A DNA stretch of 64,000 nucleotides from a virus (lineage: Duplodnaviria > Caudoviricetes), in the IMG/VR virus record IMGVR_UViG_3300021963_003887, positions 1 to 64,000 of that record, one strand, 5' to 3'. Numbering within the stretch: position 1 is the first letter of the stretch; every line of letters begins with the position of its first letter. The position numbers and the translations under genes are program-made. The notes under the pieces are model-generated. The model saw only the letters and a list, made by a program, of their open reading frames with translations. It was not told where the DNA came from and made no database searches. Shown in pieces: positions 10,120 to 19,458 of the stretch.

Positions 10120-10126
10120 TATTTAT
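10120..10126 (-). promoter_or_regulatory. T4-type late promoter (ATAAATA)
   Basis: Overlaps the stop codon of the upstream gene and precedes the structured leader. Confidence 0.65.
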
Positions 10127-10392
10127 CCGCGGCTGAGTAAGGACATCAGTTCCATTTTTTCAGCTATAGCAATAATTCTGTTAATTTCATCTAGCTCGTT
10201 TTGTGCTATTTCTAGATATTTTTTACTTTTTGTTTGTCTATAATAAACACCTGCTTCAGAAAAATTTTTTATATGATTTTCAATTGTATGTTCTATATGT
10301 GTTACATCGTGTGCGAACATAGAAAACTTTTTACGCCAACCGGCTATCTGCTTTCTTAATTCTGGAAAATCGGCATCTGATTCAACACGCAT
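10123..10392 (-). CDS. Hypothetical helical protein
   Basis: The ORF-track start (10413) overlaps the terminator. ATG at 10392 (MRVESDADF) lies 5 nt after TAAATA (10398-10403) and is the more likely start. Confidence 0.65.
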   Translation of the reverse strand: MRVESDADFPELRKQIAGWRKKFSMFAHDVTHIEHTIENHIKNFSEAGVYYRQTKSKKYLEIAQNELDEINRIIAIAEKMELMSLLSRG

Positions 10393-10411
10393 GCCAATAT
10401 TTAAGTCAAAC

Positions 10412-10435
10412 AAAAAGGCTCCGGAGAGCCTTTTT
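10412..10435 (-). terminator. Rho-independent terminator after the major capsid gene (symmetric, possibly bidirectional)
   Basis: AAAAAGGCTC-CGGA-GAGCCTTTTT perfect inverted repeat, 26 nt past the gp23 stop. Confidence 0.85.
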
Positions 10436-10461
10436 GAAACATATAAAATGTTTTTACTAGA

Positions 10462-11637
10462 TTAGCTAAATTTAACGCTAGCGTAGTTGGTAGAAATATC
10501 AACTTTACCTAGGTAATCAGCTGCGTTACCTAGAGAAGAAGCTGCATTTGTCAACTCAACATAACCATAACGTGTCATGAAGCTTACGACTGGTTCAAAT
10601 GTTGCTGGATCTAGTACAACACCGCTTGACATCAATGGGATGTATGGGCAGTAGAATGCTGGAGCATCAGATTCGCTAGAACCTTTGTATCCGATCAACA
10701 CATCTGTGTTATCAGTTGCGTATGCGTCAACATACACTTTCATCGCACTGTTCAATGTACCAACAAACTTAGTGTTTGTAGGTGCTTCGAATGTACCTTC
10801 TGTTGTTCTTGCGAACGCAGAAGTTGTAGCACTTTGAAGAATTGTTAGTGCAAATGGGCTAACAACTGCGTAGTTACCAGCACCACGACGTGTACGCTGA
10901 GCGATCAAGTTAGCAACACGGTTGATCTGAACAGCTAAAGCAGCGTGTTCGTCACCAACGAATGTAGCAGTACCTGAAACGGCAGCTTGGTTATAAGTCT
11001 CAACTGCTGTACCAGCTAGGGTACGTAGTGAGCCAAGAACCTCTTGGTCGATTTCAGCTGTAATTTCTTGAGCTAAAGCAGCCATGATTTCTGCTTCGAT
11101 GTCAATGCCTTGTTGGGCTTGTGCATCTTGAGCAGCTTCAAACGTCCAGCGAGCAGACAATTTACGTGTCTTAGCTTCGACTGTTTGTTTCAAGATTTGG
11201 ATGCTCATCTTACGACCAGCTACACCTTCTAGGCTAGCAGTAGAAGCAGCTTTACCAGCAGGATCAGTACCAGTACCGGAGTAGCTAGTAGCGATCTTGA
11301 ATGGGCTTAGAGCCTCTTCACCAGCTGATACGTTATCGTTAGCATCGCTGTAACGAACACGTAGAGTGTGAATTTGACCAACTGGACCAGTCATTGGTTG
11401 TACACCAACGAGTTCATTAGCGATGACTGTGGGCATCACACGTCTGATCACTGGAAGGATCACACGATTTAGGGTTGCAACGTTACCGGCAGAAGTAGCA
11501 CCAGCAGTGGCACTCTCCGACAAATACTTGCGGGTATTTTCAAGAGTAGTGGCCATTACTGAACGACGAGTTCCTTGTAGGCCTTCTAGAAGTGCCTCTT
11601 TGGTTTCCTGCCAGCGTGACTCGAGTAGTTCTGACAT
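10462..11637 (-). CDS. gp23: Major capsid protein (T4 gp23-like)
   Basis: Motifs RRVMP...GVQPMTGPVGQIHTLR, VEAKTRKLSARWTFEAAQD, EITAEIDQE, FYCPYIPL, F.P..SFMTRYG. Confidence 0.97.
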   Translation of the reverse strand: MSELLESRWQETKEALLEGLQGTRRSVMATTLENTRKYLSESATAGATSAGNVATLNRVILPVIRRVMPTVIANELVGVQPMTGPVGQIHTLRVRYSDANDNVSAGEEALSPFKIATSYSGTGTDPAGKAASTASLEGVAGRKMSIQILKQTVEAKTRKLSARWTFEAAQDAQAQQGIDIEAEIMAALAQEITAEIDQEVLGSLRTLAGTAVETYNQAAVSGTATFVGDEHAALAVQINRVANLIAQRTRRGAGNYAVVSPFALTILQSATTSAFARTTEGTFEAPTNTKFVGTLNSAMKVYVDAYATDNTDVLIGYKGSSESDAPAFYCPYIPLMSSGVVLDPATFEPVVSFMTRYGYVELTNAASSLGNAADYLGKVDISTNYASVKFS

Positions 11638-11648
11638 ATTAGTTCTCC

Positions 11649-12740
11649 TTAAACTTTAAGTCCCGCGAGCTTGCGGATATGTATAATATCAGCAGTATTT
11701 TCCTGACTGCTGATTTGAGTAGCCTCTTTATTGCCTGTCACTTCCTTGCCTTCTGTTAGTGCCTTCTTTTTAGGAGCCTCGCCGGCCATAACGGCTGGGA
11801 GATATTTGTCAAATGCCGTATTCAACTTTTCAGTCTGTACAGACTCAAGAAGTTGACTCATAACTGTTTTCTTATCTCCAGTCAACGGATTTAACAATTC
11901 GCTCATGATCTTTTCACGCTGAGCCATGCCTTTTACAACACGGATTTCGCGATCTTTAGATTCTACGATCTGTTCCTTTTCTTGAATTGCCTTAACGGCT
12001 TCTTCAAGTTCTGCTTCTTTTTGCTCAACTACTTTTAATAGTTTAGCAGTTTCGCTTTTCTCATTGAGATGGCTCGAAGCATATTCGCTTGCGAAGCTTT
12101 CAAAAATTCTGCGACCAAAATCATTCTTACGAGCAGCTTCGATATCTTCTTTGAGCTGTGTCATTTCTGCTGTTAACTTAGTGATAACAACGTTCTCGAC
12201 TAGCTTAGAAGCCTTAGCGATAAATTCTGTTTTGACAGCATTGAATTTTTCTTTGCTCTCACGTACAAGTTTAACCTTGGTATCAACAAGGTCTTTCTTA
12301 TCAGTGTGGAACTCAGAAATTTCTTTAGCTAGAGCATTTACAATGAAACTCTCTAATTTAGAAACATTCTCTGCTACAGATTTACGATCTTCGTGTAGTT
12401 CTTTTAACTCTGCCGCTAATTGACGTAGAACAAATTCCTTCATTTTCTCGGAATCGTCTTTCATCTTTTTAGCATATTTGGTTTTAGCTTCGATAAGTTG
12501 ATTACGATCTTCGGCAAGCTCAGCAAGCTCAGCTTGTAGACGATCACCAACCATTTTATCAACGGCTTCTACCATGGCAGTTTTATCATGTTCGTATTTT
12601 TCTGCGAATTCTTCACGAAGTTCTGCTGTCATTTGATCACGGGTTTCTTGAATTCTGCTGTTCCAAGCGGATTCAATTTCCGATTTGATTTCTTCGGAAA
12701 TCACATTGTTTTCAAATAATTGCTTAACGATGTCTAGCAT
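11649..12740 (-). CDS. gp22: Prohead core scaffolding protein (gp22-like)
   Basis: 363-aa Glu/Lys-rich coiled coil between the protease and capsid genes, as in T4 synteny. Confidence 0.85.
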   Translation of the reverse strand: MLDIVKQLFENNVISEEIKSEIESAWNSRIQETRDQMTAELREEFAEKYEHDKTAMVEAVDKMVGDRLQAELAELAEDRNQLIEAKTKYAKKMKDDSEKMKEFVLRQLAAELKELHEDRKSVAENVSKLESFIVNALAKEISEFHTDKKDLVDTKVKLVRESKEKFNAVKTEFIAKASKLVENVVITKLTAEMTQLKEDIEAARKNDFGRRIFESFASEYASSHLNEKSETAKLLKVVEQKEAELEEAVKAIQEKEQIVESKDREIRVVKGMAQREKIMSELLNPLTGDKKTVMSQLLESVQTEKLNTAFDKYLPAVMAGEAPKKKALTEGKEVTGNKEATQISSQENTADIIHIRKLAGLKV

Positions 12741-12755
12741 GTGATTCTCCTACTG

Positions 12756-13385
12756 TTATTTGAGTCCTGAAATAATCTTTTTCAGGCTCTCTGCTATGTA
12801 TTGCTGTGCCTTTGGATCGCCTTGTACTTCCCTTGCTATTTTAAATGCCTTGTAACCACCTGCTTGATTCATCAAGTGTTCATAAACTGGTGTTGGATAA
12901 GCACCAGGAGCTGATGGTTGAGCAACAACGTCAACGGTAATAATTTCAAAACCTTTGACTTTGCCGTCTACATCGACATCACCGGAACCCCTCGAACTTA
13001 CGCCTAATTTTACTCCGCTCTCCAACATGGTTTGAATTAATTGTCCCATAGGAGTAGGAAGTAGTTTTAATTTTCCGTAACCATTAGGACCGTCCATCCA
13101 CATTTTTGTAATCATGTGGCTGACGCGGTCTAGGTTGATACGTAGGTCTTCGGGGTGATCTACTTCTCCGAGAACTGAATATCCGCCCGCAATTTGATCA
13201 TTGACAGTTTTGACAGCCCTAGCGATTTCAGAGGAGGGGTAAACTCTCTGATTCTGGTTTCTAATATCGCCCTGGATACAGATACCATTCAGATGTAGAG
13301 TTTTACCGCCCTTATCATCTTCGGTACTTTCAAGGACCAACTGTGCTTGGTCAAAACTCAGATTTTCTCTTAGATAGTTTTTCAC
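12756..13385 (-). CDS. gp21: Prohead protease (gp21-like)
   Basis: GICIQGDIRNQNQRVYP, LGEVDHP (catalytic His), GVSSRGSG (catalytic Ser), DVVAQPSAP; GTG start. Confidence 0.95.
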   Translation of the reverse strand: MKNYLRENLSFDQAQLVLESTEDDKGGKTLHLNGICIQGDIRNQNQRVYPSSEIARAVKTVNDQIAGGYSVLGEVDHPEDLRINLDRVSHMITKMWMDGPNGYGKLKLLPTPMGQLIQTMLESGVKLGVSSRGSGDVDVDGKVKGFEIITVDVVAQPSAPGAYPTPVYEHLMNQAGGYKAFKIAREVQGDPKAQQYIAESLKKIISGLK

Positions 13386-13399
13386 CTAGATCGTTCCGA

Positions 13400-14284
13400 T
13401 TATCTGCTACCGCGAATGATTGATGTAGTATCTACACCACTTTCAGCAGTACCTTTCTTTTCAGCTCCATGTCCTTGGCTATTCTTACTATAGAAAGCCT
13501 TGGCATTGGTGCCTCCAACTACGTTAACATTACCGGTATTCATATCTTGTGGCTTTTGCTTTGTTAGGCCGTTACCTTTGATGGTACCGCCAGCTCCAGC
13601 GTAAGATGGGCTATCTTCTTTGCTAGAAAGAATGTTAGCAGTTGTACCGCCCATGTCGTTTTTACCTGCTACTGTTGACTTTGTGTTGTCAGCTTTTTCA
13701 GCAGCACCTTTCTTTTCAGCACCGTGACCTGCTGGAACTTTCTCAACATATTCACGTACTGTTTCTAAATCAAATTCATCTTTCATCATGCCTGGCATGT
13801 TGTCCATGTCCATGTCGCTTGGGCCGCCCATGTTATCGGCATCTGGCTCAGCATGATCACCACCGGCATATTTTGCGAAAGCTGCTTCTAGTTCGTCAAC
13901 GATATCTTTTAAATCGCCTTTAGTAGCTGGCTCATCATCATCGCCTTCTTCTTCACCTTCTTCGCCACCAAATTCTTCTTCACCTTCTTCTTCGCCTGCT
14001 GCTGCGATGTCTGTTTCAAGGTCGCCAGTTTCATCATCGCCTTCTGCGGTGATGTCTTCAAAATTTTCGTCTAGATCGTCTTCGTTTGTTTCGTCTAGAT
14101 CTTCGTCTGCTGTTTCGTCTAGATCTTCATCTTTGACTTCTTCATCGATTTCAGAATCGATAAGATTTTCATAAATTTCACGGGATTTACCAACTACATA
14201 CTCGTGAAACATTTCTTCTGCTTTTTGTTGTTCGTTGTTTAGCAAGTGTTCTAACACTGCTGCGATTTGATTTTTATCTGCCAT
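13400..14284 (-). CDS. Highly acidic prohead core/internal protein (gp67/gp68-like position)
   Basis: 294 aa, rich in D/E, with repeated L-x-E sites; directly upstream of gp21; SD GGAGG. Confidence 0.65.
   Translation of the reverse strand: MADKNQIAAVLEHLLNNEQQKAEEMFHEYVVGKSREIYENLIDSEIDEEVKDEDLDETADEDLDETNEDDLDENFEDITAEGDDETGDLETDIAAAGEEEGEEEFGGEEGEEEGDDDEPATKGDLKDIVDELEAAFAKYAGGDHAEPDADNMGGPSDMDMDNMPGMMKDEFDLETVREYVEKVPAGHGAEKKGAAEKADNTKSTVAGKNDMGGTTANILSSKEDSPSYAGAGGTIKGNGLTKQKPQDMNTGNVNVVGGTNAKAFYSKNSQGHGAEKKGTAESGVDTTSIIRGSR
14065..14125. repeat. Three-copy coding tandem repeat, 24-bp period (DLDE units)
   Basis: TTTCGTCTAGATC at 14065, 14089 and 14113. Confidence 0.85.
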
Positions 14285-14319
14285 GATTTTTCCTCCAAAA
14301 TGGTTAGGCTGTCAAGTTA

Positions 14320-14325
14320 TATTTA
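14320..14325 (-). promoter_or_regulatory. Late promoter core (TAAATA) for the core-gp21-gp22-gp23 operon
   Basis: tattta on the + strand in the intergenic gap, 35 nt before the ATG at 14284. Confidence 0.55.
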
Positions 14326-14376
14326 ACTATTAATATAAAGATCGGGATTAAATGGTAGTTTTTTGATGAATTTTGA

Positions 14377-15009
14377 TCATTTAAATATCGCCTTATGTAG
14401 ATCTCTTTTCAATTCATCATAGGTTACGTGACTGAAATTTTCTGTTATACCTGCCAGTATAGGAGGTATAAAATCTTTTTTATCTTCTACTATACGATAG
14501 TATTTAATTTTTCTAAACTCTCTTATGACTTTTTCGGTCTGATTTACCCAATTTCCAAAATAAGTTGCTGGTTCATAGCTGCGTCTATAGTTAGGAGTGT
14601 CAGCATATACATTGTTTAATTTGCCTTCAGACCCTTGGAAATCAAAACCAGAAATATAGATTTCGTCATATCCATGTGTGCTGGCTAGCCACAATGCTGT
14701 AGGCCCAGAACTCCATCCTTTGTGAGGATTAAAGAACTGGAATCCTTCTAGTTTCAGTACATTTTTGTTAGGGTTAGTCCACACCTGTTTGCCAAATTGC
14801 CAACGAGAATTAGCAATTTCTCTTACCATTTTTTCGTCCACAGCCACAAGATAATCCGGCTCATACTCTCTATATAGAGCATTACACCCATAGATTTTTC
14901 CGTATTTTTTTAGTTCTGGGAGATTGAGTCGCAGCCTACTACGGCCGTTGCCTAGCACAAATGCGACACGTTTAGGCTGGTTGTTCTTCTGCGTTTGGTG
15001 GCTGTCCAT
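14377..15009 (-). CDS. Glycosyltransferase-like protein (GT29/GT42 sialyltransferase- or MptE/Maf-like fold)
   Basis: Motif series AFVLGNGRS, IYGCNALYR...PDYLVAVD, SSGPTAL.LA...GYDEIYISGFDF. Confidence 0.6.
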   Translation of the reverse strand: MDSHQTQKNNQPKRVAFVLGNGRSRLRLNLPELKKYGKIYGCNALYREYEPDYLVAVDEKMVREIANSRWQFGKQVWTNPNKNVLKLEGFQFFNPHKGWSSGPTALWLASTHGYDEIYISGFDFQGSEGKLNNVYADTPNYRRSYEPATYFGNWVNQTEKVIREFRKIKYYRIVEDKKDFIPPILAGITENFSHVTYDELKRDLHKAIFK

Positions 15010-15220
15010 ACATCTGCTGTATAAATTCTAGTTCCGCAGCCTGCTCAAACTCGTGTGCTTCACTTTGTTTTCTTAATTGATTGATCTGTCGTAGGGTGAG
15101 AGACATTTTTCTTGTGTCATCTTTATCAAGGACAGACTTGTCACGCTGATTTTCGTAGCGTTTGTCGTCTACGTACTCAGCTTGTTTATCGTTAAAATAG
15201 AAAAATTCTAGAAGCTTCAT
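14972..15220 (-). CDS. Small hypothetical protein downstream of the portal gene
   Basis: 82 aa; ATG 5 nt after ATAAATA; overlaps the next gene by 38 bp. Confidence 0.7.
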   Translation of the reverse strand: MKLLEFFYFNDKQAEYVDDKRYENQRDKSVLDKDDTRKMSLTLRQINQLRKQSEAHEFEQAAELEFIQQMYGQPPNAEEQPA

Positions 15221-15225
15221 TCTAA

Positions 15226-15232
15226 TATTTAT
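15226..15232 (-). promoter_or_regulatory. Late promoter (ATAAATA), probably leaderless transcript
   Basis: ATAAATA-TTAGA-ATG with no SD. Confidence 0.6.
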
Positions 15233-16950
15233 TAGATTGCCGTCGGAGTTGATGGCGTTGCTGCAGCTGTATCCCCACCTTCTGGGGCTGGATTTTCAGC
15301 TTGTGCGGCTAAATCATCTGGTGCTTCTTGATCCTGTGCATCCATATCTGCTGATATTCCACCGGGTGTTACACCTACTGATCTCATTTCGCTTGCTGCA
15401 TTCATTGCGGCCGATACCAGCGTTCCGTTTTCTTCTTTCCACATACGCTCGTTTTCTGTGATTTCTTCTTGACTTAGGCCTAAGAAGCGTTTTAGAGCAA
15501 AGCGTTTACTCATAAAAGGAACTTCTTGCAGTGCTGCGAATGTCTGTACTCGAGCATTGTCAAGTTCACTTTGACGATAGGCCGCAAAGTTTTGCGGAGG
15601 ATTAAACTTTAATTCAAATAAACTGTTGTCGATATTAATGCCAGTATCGATCAACCATGTTTTAAATTCTAGATCAAATTCTTCAATTAAATTTGTCTGT
15701 AGGCGTTTACAGTATTCATTAAAACGTAGCTCTTGGATGTAGGCTGTGCCTACTTTTCCGTCTGTGAATGCTGCTTGACTATCGTCGGGCATTGTAGGAA
15801 GATAGCTGCTAGGAATACGTAATGCACGGAATAATTTATTAGTAAAATAACGTAAGTCGTCGATCTCGCCTAGATTAGTACCACCTGGTAAAGTATCAAC
15901 TTTTGATCCTCGTCCTTCTGCTGTCTGCGGGAAAAAGTAATCTTCGGATATGCTTAATGGATTATAACTAGCATCAATCATATTAGCACCGCCGCCGCTT
16001 TGGCTAGGTATGCGTCTTTGATTAATTTCGTTTTTTACACGTTCTACAAAGCTCATGGCCATGTGTGCTGGCATGTTACCGACGTCAATATAGAACACTC
16101 TGCGTTCTGGAGCACGTTGTACACGATAGATAATAATAGCGTCTTCAAGCAGTTCTTTCTGCTTGTAGACTTTGAATACTGATTCTAATAATGAATTGCC
16201 AAACGGATAGTTATTGTCTAATCCTTCTGATAAGCTCAAATGTACGATATGTTTAGCATCGATAGCTAATTCTTCTTGGGTAGTACTGAACCTAGTACCT
16301 GTCTGTGTAGGTGCTGTGCCTACCATGCCTCGTCCAAAAGACCCGCCGCTGACGTATGAGGCAGAACCTGCTGGAGTTTTATTTGTATTATTCAGTAATG
16401 AAGTTGCTACTAGATTTCTAAAATTAAAATTCATGTCACGAACTACATACTGTTCGGGCTTTTTACCTTCAGATTCGTTGACTATAATTTTTACTAGTTT
16501 AGCAGGATCAACATAATGGAGTTTTTGTGTTTCCGGATCTCTGATAAAAAACGAATCACCGTATTTGAAAACGTTACGCACAATGCGGAACATACGTGTT
16601 TCAAATTGTTGGAACTTATGCCACTTCTGTAATCCATCTTTAAGGATTTTAACTTCTGTAGCTGTAGGTTGTCCTTTGAAATTGATTTGGAAAGCTGTGT
16701 TGTTTTCTCTGTTAGTTTGTGTACAGAATTCTGCTAGGATGTCTAGGGCAGCATTAACTTCTGAGTCCATGTCCATAGTTTCATACTGCATGTATCGTTC
16801 TACACGATTTGGAGTACCCGCATATACATCAGGTAAAAAACTAGAATAGTTTGAGCGTGCCGGGCCTGGTCGAGAACCATTCCCCAATGGGCTCATGGAT
16901 CCTGCTTGTTTAGCTACAGGTACAGGCGTAAAATATTTTTTCCAACTCAA
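15232..16950 (-). CDS. gp20: Portal protein (T4 gp20-like)
   Basis: LLEDAIIIYRVQRAPERRVFYIDVGNMP, EDYFFP...GRGSKVDTLPGG.NLGEIDDLRYF..KLFRALRIP; TTG start after GGAG. Confidence 0.97.
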   Translation of the reverse strand: MSWKKYFTPVPVAKQAGSMSPLGNGSRPGPARSNYSSFLPDVYAGTPNRVERYMQYETMDMDSEVNAALDILAEFCTQTNRENNTAFQINFKGQPTATEVKILKDGLQKWHKFQQFETRMFRIVRNVFKYGDSFFIRDPETQKLHYVDPAKLVKIIVNESEGKKPEQYVVRDMNFNFRNLVATSLLNNTNKTPAGSASYVSGGSFGRGMVGTAPTQTGTRFSTTQEELAIDAKHIVHLSLSEGLDNNYPFGNSLLESVFKVYKQKELLEDAIIIYRVQRAPERRVFYIDVGNMPAHMAMSFVERVKNEINQRRIPSQSGGGANMIDASYNPLSISEDYFFPQTAEGRGSKVDTLPGGTNLGEIDDLRYFTNKLFRALRIPSSYLPTMPDDSQAAFTDGKVGTAYIQELRFNEYCKRLQTNLIEEFDLEFKTWLIDTGINIDNSLFELKFNPPQNFAAYRQSELDNARVQTFAALQEVPFMSKRFALKRFLGLSQEEITENERMWKEENGTLVSAAMNAASEMRSVGVTPGGISADMDAQDQEAPDDLAAQAENPAPEGGDTAAATPSTPTAI

Positions 16951-16971
16951 TTTATTCTCCAGTGCTTGACC

Positions 16972-19458
16972 TTAGGTCATAGCTAACAGTTTAGAACGTT
17001 CTAATCCAACATCTTGTTTTGCTACATCAATCATGCGATTAATATTACTATTTAAACGTTTTACTACATCTCTCATCGAGATCTGAGCACTTGTATTGAT
17101 CACATTTTGAAGTTGTCCTGGTGATACTACTGCTTCTTTTCCGTGAAGTGTGGCCATTGTACCGCGTTTAAAGTTTCCAAACAATCCTCCAAGGGTTCCA
17201 AGAGTACCAGTATTCATACCCATATAAGTTGAAGGATATTCTTTACGTAATCTTTCTACTTCATCGGCATACTCTTTTCTCTCCATGATCTTTTGAATTT
17301 TAGGGAGATTTCTATCTTTTGTTTGGGCAAACATCTTAGCATCAAACATTACTCGTCTTAAAGGATTTAGATTAGTACCTATTCCACGTATGTTCTTGTT
17401 TAAAAGATTAGCCACTGCTTCTCTCTGTAACAGTGTTAATCCTCCAAATTGATCGCTATCATCAATTATTGAAGCACCCGCCTGTGCTTTACGTTCTCGA
17501 AGTGCTAGAATTGCTGCGGTAAGAGCAGCATTTGTAACTTCACTGCCGCTACCTCCTTCATAAACGCTTCCGTAAGATCTAAAACGTCCATCTGAGCCTC
17601 TTAATAAATCTCTAATATAATATGTTTTACCATCTATAACAACTTTTTCATCTTCCGGATTCACCGGCATCCTTCTTTCTTCTTTAGGCAAAAATATCTG
17701 TCTTCCACTTTCTTTGGCAAAGCCAAGTTTAGCTTCAGCTGCTGCTGCCATCCGATCAAGGTCTGGGCCGATTCCTATTTTTGCCAGCCACTTTGCTGCA
17801 CCTTCAACATTAAATGTTGAATATATTGCTTTTCGCATGTACATATGAAAATATATAATAGCCGCTTCAAACATGCCTTCAAATATATTTTTCATGTATA
17901 CAAGCGTGTCATCATCTGTGAGATTTGCAAAAAAGTTTTTTACATATGGTAAAGCATCATTAGCTAATTGTATTAGATATTTGTTAAACGCTCTCAGTTG
18001 ATCGGGCACCATAGCTATTTTAAATTCTTTAGCCAGATCTTTCATAACGGGAAAGAATCCTTTTAATAACGCCCGATAGACACGATATACCGATCTTTGA
18101 AATTTTCTTAGAGTGTCTGTAAACGCATCTGTTTTACCTTGTTCTTTTTTAGCGGCTTCAACCATCTTAACAAATTGACTTTGCATGTTTTTGCTTAGAC
18201 CGCCTTGTTTAATCATAAATTCCATTGCTGGTGTGAGAGCCTTAACTAGTTTTTTAGAACTTTCATTTCCCGACACCGAACCTTTTATTATGCCTTCTAA
18301 TTCTCTCATAGCTTCTTTAGAATTAGCTAATTGACTACCTATGGTATTATTAACATAATCTTCAAATACTTTAGGACTAACACTAGTATCTTTAGCCATT
18401 TTAATAATAGTGTCCATAGACCTTTCAAAACTTGGCCCTAACGCATACTGTAATGCTATTACAGTATCATTGATAGACTGAACACCCAATTCTCTAGATT
18501 TAAATAGTTCTGCTCCCTGAGCACCAAACACCATAGAAAAACTCTGTAAAGCTGTTTCCATCCTAGCCTGCTGAGCAGGCAGTAATTTTCCAACTTTTAG
18601 TTTATATGATATATCTTGATTAGCTGCTGCTGCGGCTTCTTGACGCTGCTCCTTGCCCATACCTGTTATTTTTTGAAAAGCATCAATTTGACTAGCATAT
18701 TGTAAAAATTCGTTGCTGGTGCTGTTAAGATTTTTTTCTGTTACAGCTTTTCCTCTTCTAGTTGCGGCATAGAATTCTAATAGTAAATCATTTTGTTGAT
18801 ATGTGTTATATCCCCATCGGTCTAATATATCCGATACTTTATCAGAATCCATAAACATAGCAGCAGATAATTTTCGTAGATTATCTATACCGGTAGTCAT
18901 CGTACCTCCGCCTAAAGATACCAACGTTTCTGCGTTACTTCCAACCAACGACACAAGCTCGTCAGTAGACAATCCCATATCTAAAGCAGTTTCTTTAAAT
19001 TTAAAAATACTATAATTAAATGTTGCTCCGTGCTTGTTTGCTTCTCGCAGCCCGTCGTTCCAAGATTCTAAAGCCACTATAGTTTCTGTTACAATGCCGG
19101 CAAGATCACCCAAGGTGTCTCCTACTACTGGAAGTTTTTTAATTAAATCATCTTGTATAAATTTTCCGTAAGCACTGAGTTTATCTTCACCCCTAGCTAT
19201 CATAGAGATAAAATTCTTACCAGCACTGACTGTATTTGATAGTCCGGCAGTTAATGTAGTAAACCCTTTTTTTAGTAATTTAAGTGATGTGCCAGCAGCA
19301 CCTGCTTCGTCAGCTACGTCATCATCGCCTCCTCTGTTGTTGTTAGAGTTGTCTTTATAATATCTAACAATTTCTTGAAGCGTGGCTTCAGACGCAGCAT
19401 TGTTGATTACGCCGCTACCTAATTTTGAACTAAAGTATTCTACAGTATTTTTGGCCAT
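16972..19458 (-). CDS. Tape-measure/baseplate-hub-like helical protein, paralog B
   Basis: 828 aa, helical, rich in A/K/M; collinear with 19458..22043 (NNAASEATL, PVVGDTLG, GMNTGTLG...LHGKEAVV). Confidence 0.65.
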   Translation of the reverse strand: MAKNTVEYFSSKLGSGVINNAASEATLQEIVRYYKDNSNNNRGGDDDVADEAGAAGTSLKLLKKGFTTLTAGLSNTVSAGKNFISMIARGEDKLSAYGKFIQDDLIKKLPVVGDTLGDLAGIVTETIVALESWNDGLREANKHGATFNYSIFKFKETALDMGLSTDELVSLVGSNAETLVSLGGGTMTTGIDNLRKLSAAMFMDSDKVSDILDRWGYNTYQQNDLLLEFYAATRRGKAVTEKNLNSTSNEFLQYASQIDAFQKITGMGKEQRQEAAAAANQDISYKLKVGKLLPAQQARMETALQSFSMVFGAQGAELFKSRELGVQSINDTVIALQYALGPSFERSMDTIIKMAKDTSVSPKVFEDYVNNTIGSQLANSKEAMRELEGIIKGSVSGNESSKKLVKALTPAMEFMIKQGGLSKNMQSQFVKMVEAAKKEQGKTDAFTDTLRKFQRSVYRVYRALLKGFFPVMKDLAKEFKIAMVPDQLRAFNKYLIQLANDALPYVKNFFANLTDDDTLVYMKNIFEGMFEAAIIYFHMYMRKAIYSTFNVEGAAKWLAKIGIGPDLDRMAAAAEAKLGFAKESGRQIFLPKEERRMPVNPEDEKVVIDGKTYYIRDLLRGSDGRFRSYGSVYEGGSGSEVTNAALTAAILALRERKAQAGASIIDDSDQFGGLTLLQREAVANLLNKNIRGIGTNLNPLRRVMFDAKMFAQTKDRNLPKIQKIMERKEYADEVERLRKEYPSTYMGMNTGTLGTLGGLFGNFKRGTMATLHGKEAVVSPGQLQNVINTSAQISMRDVVKRLNSNINRMIDVAKQDVGLERSKLLAMT

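Noticed and set aside
10393-10413. TTG start at 10413 for the 96-aa ORF
   Set aside because: It overlaps the capsid terminator and lies upstream of the TAAATA promoter; ATG 10392 fits better.
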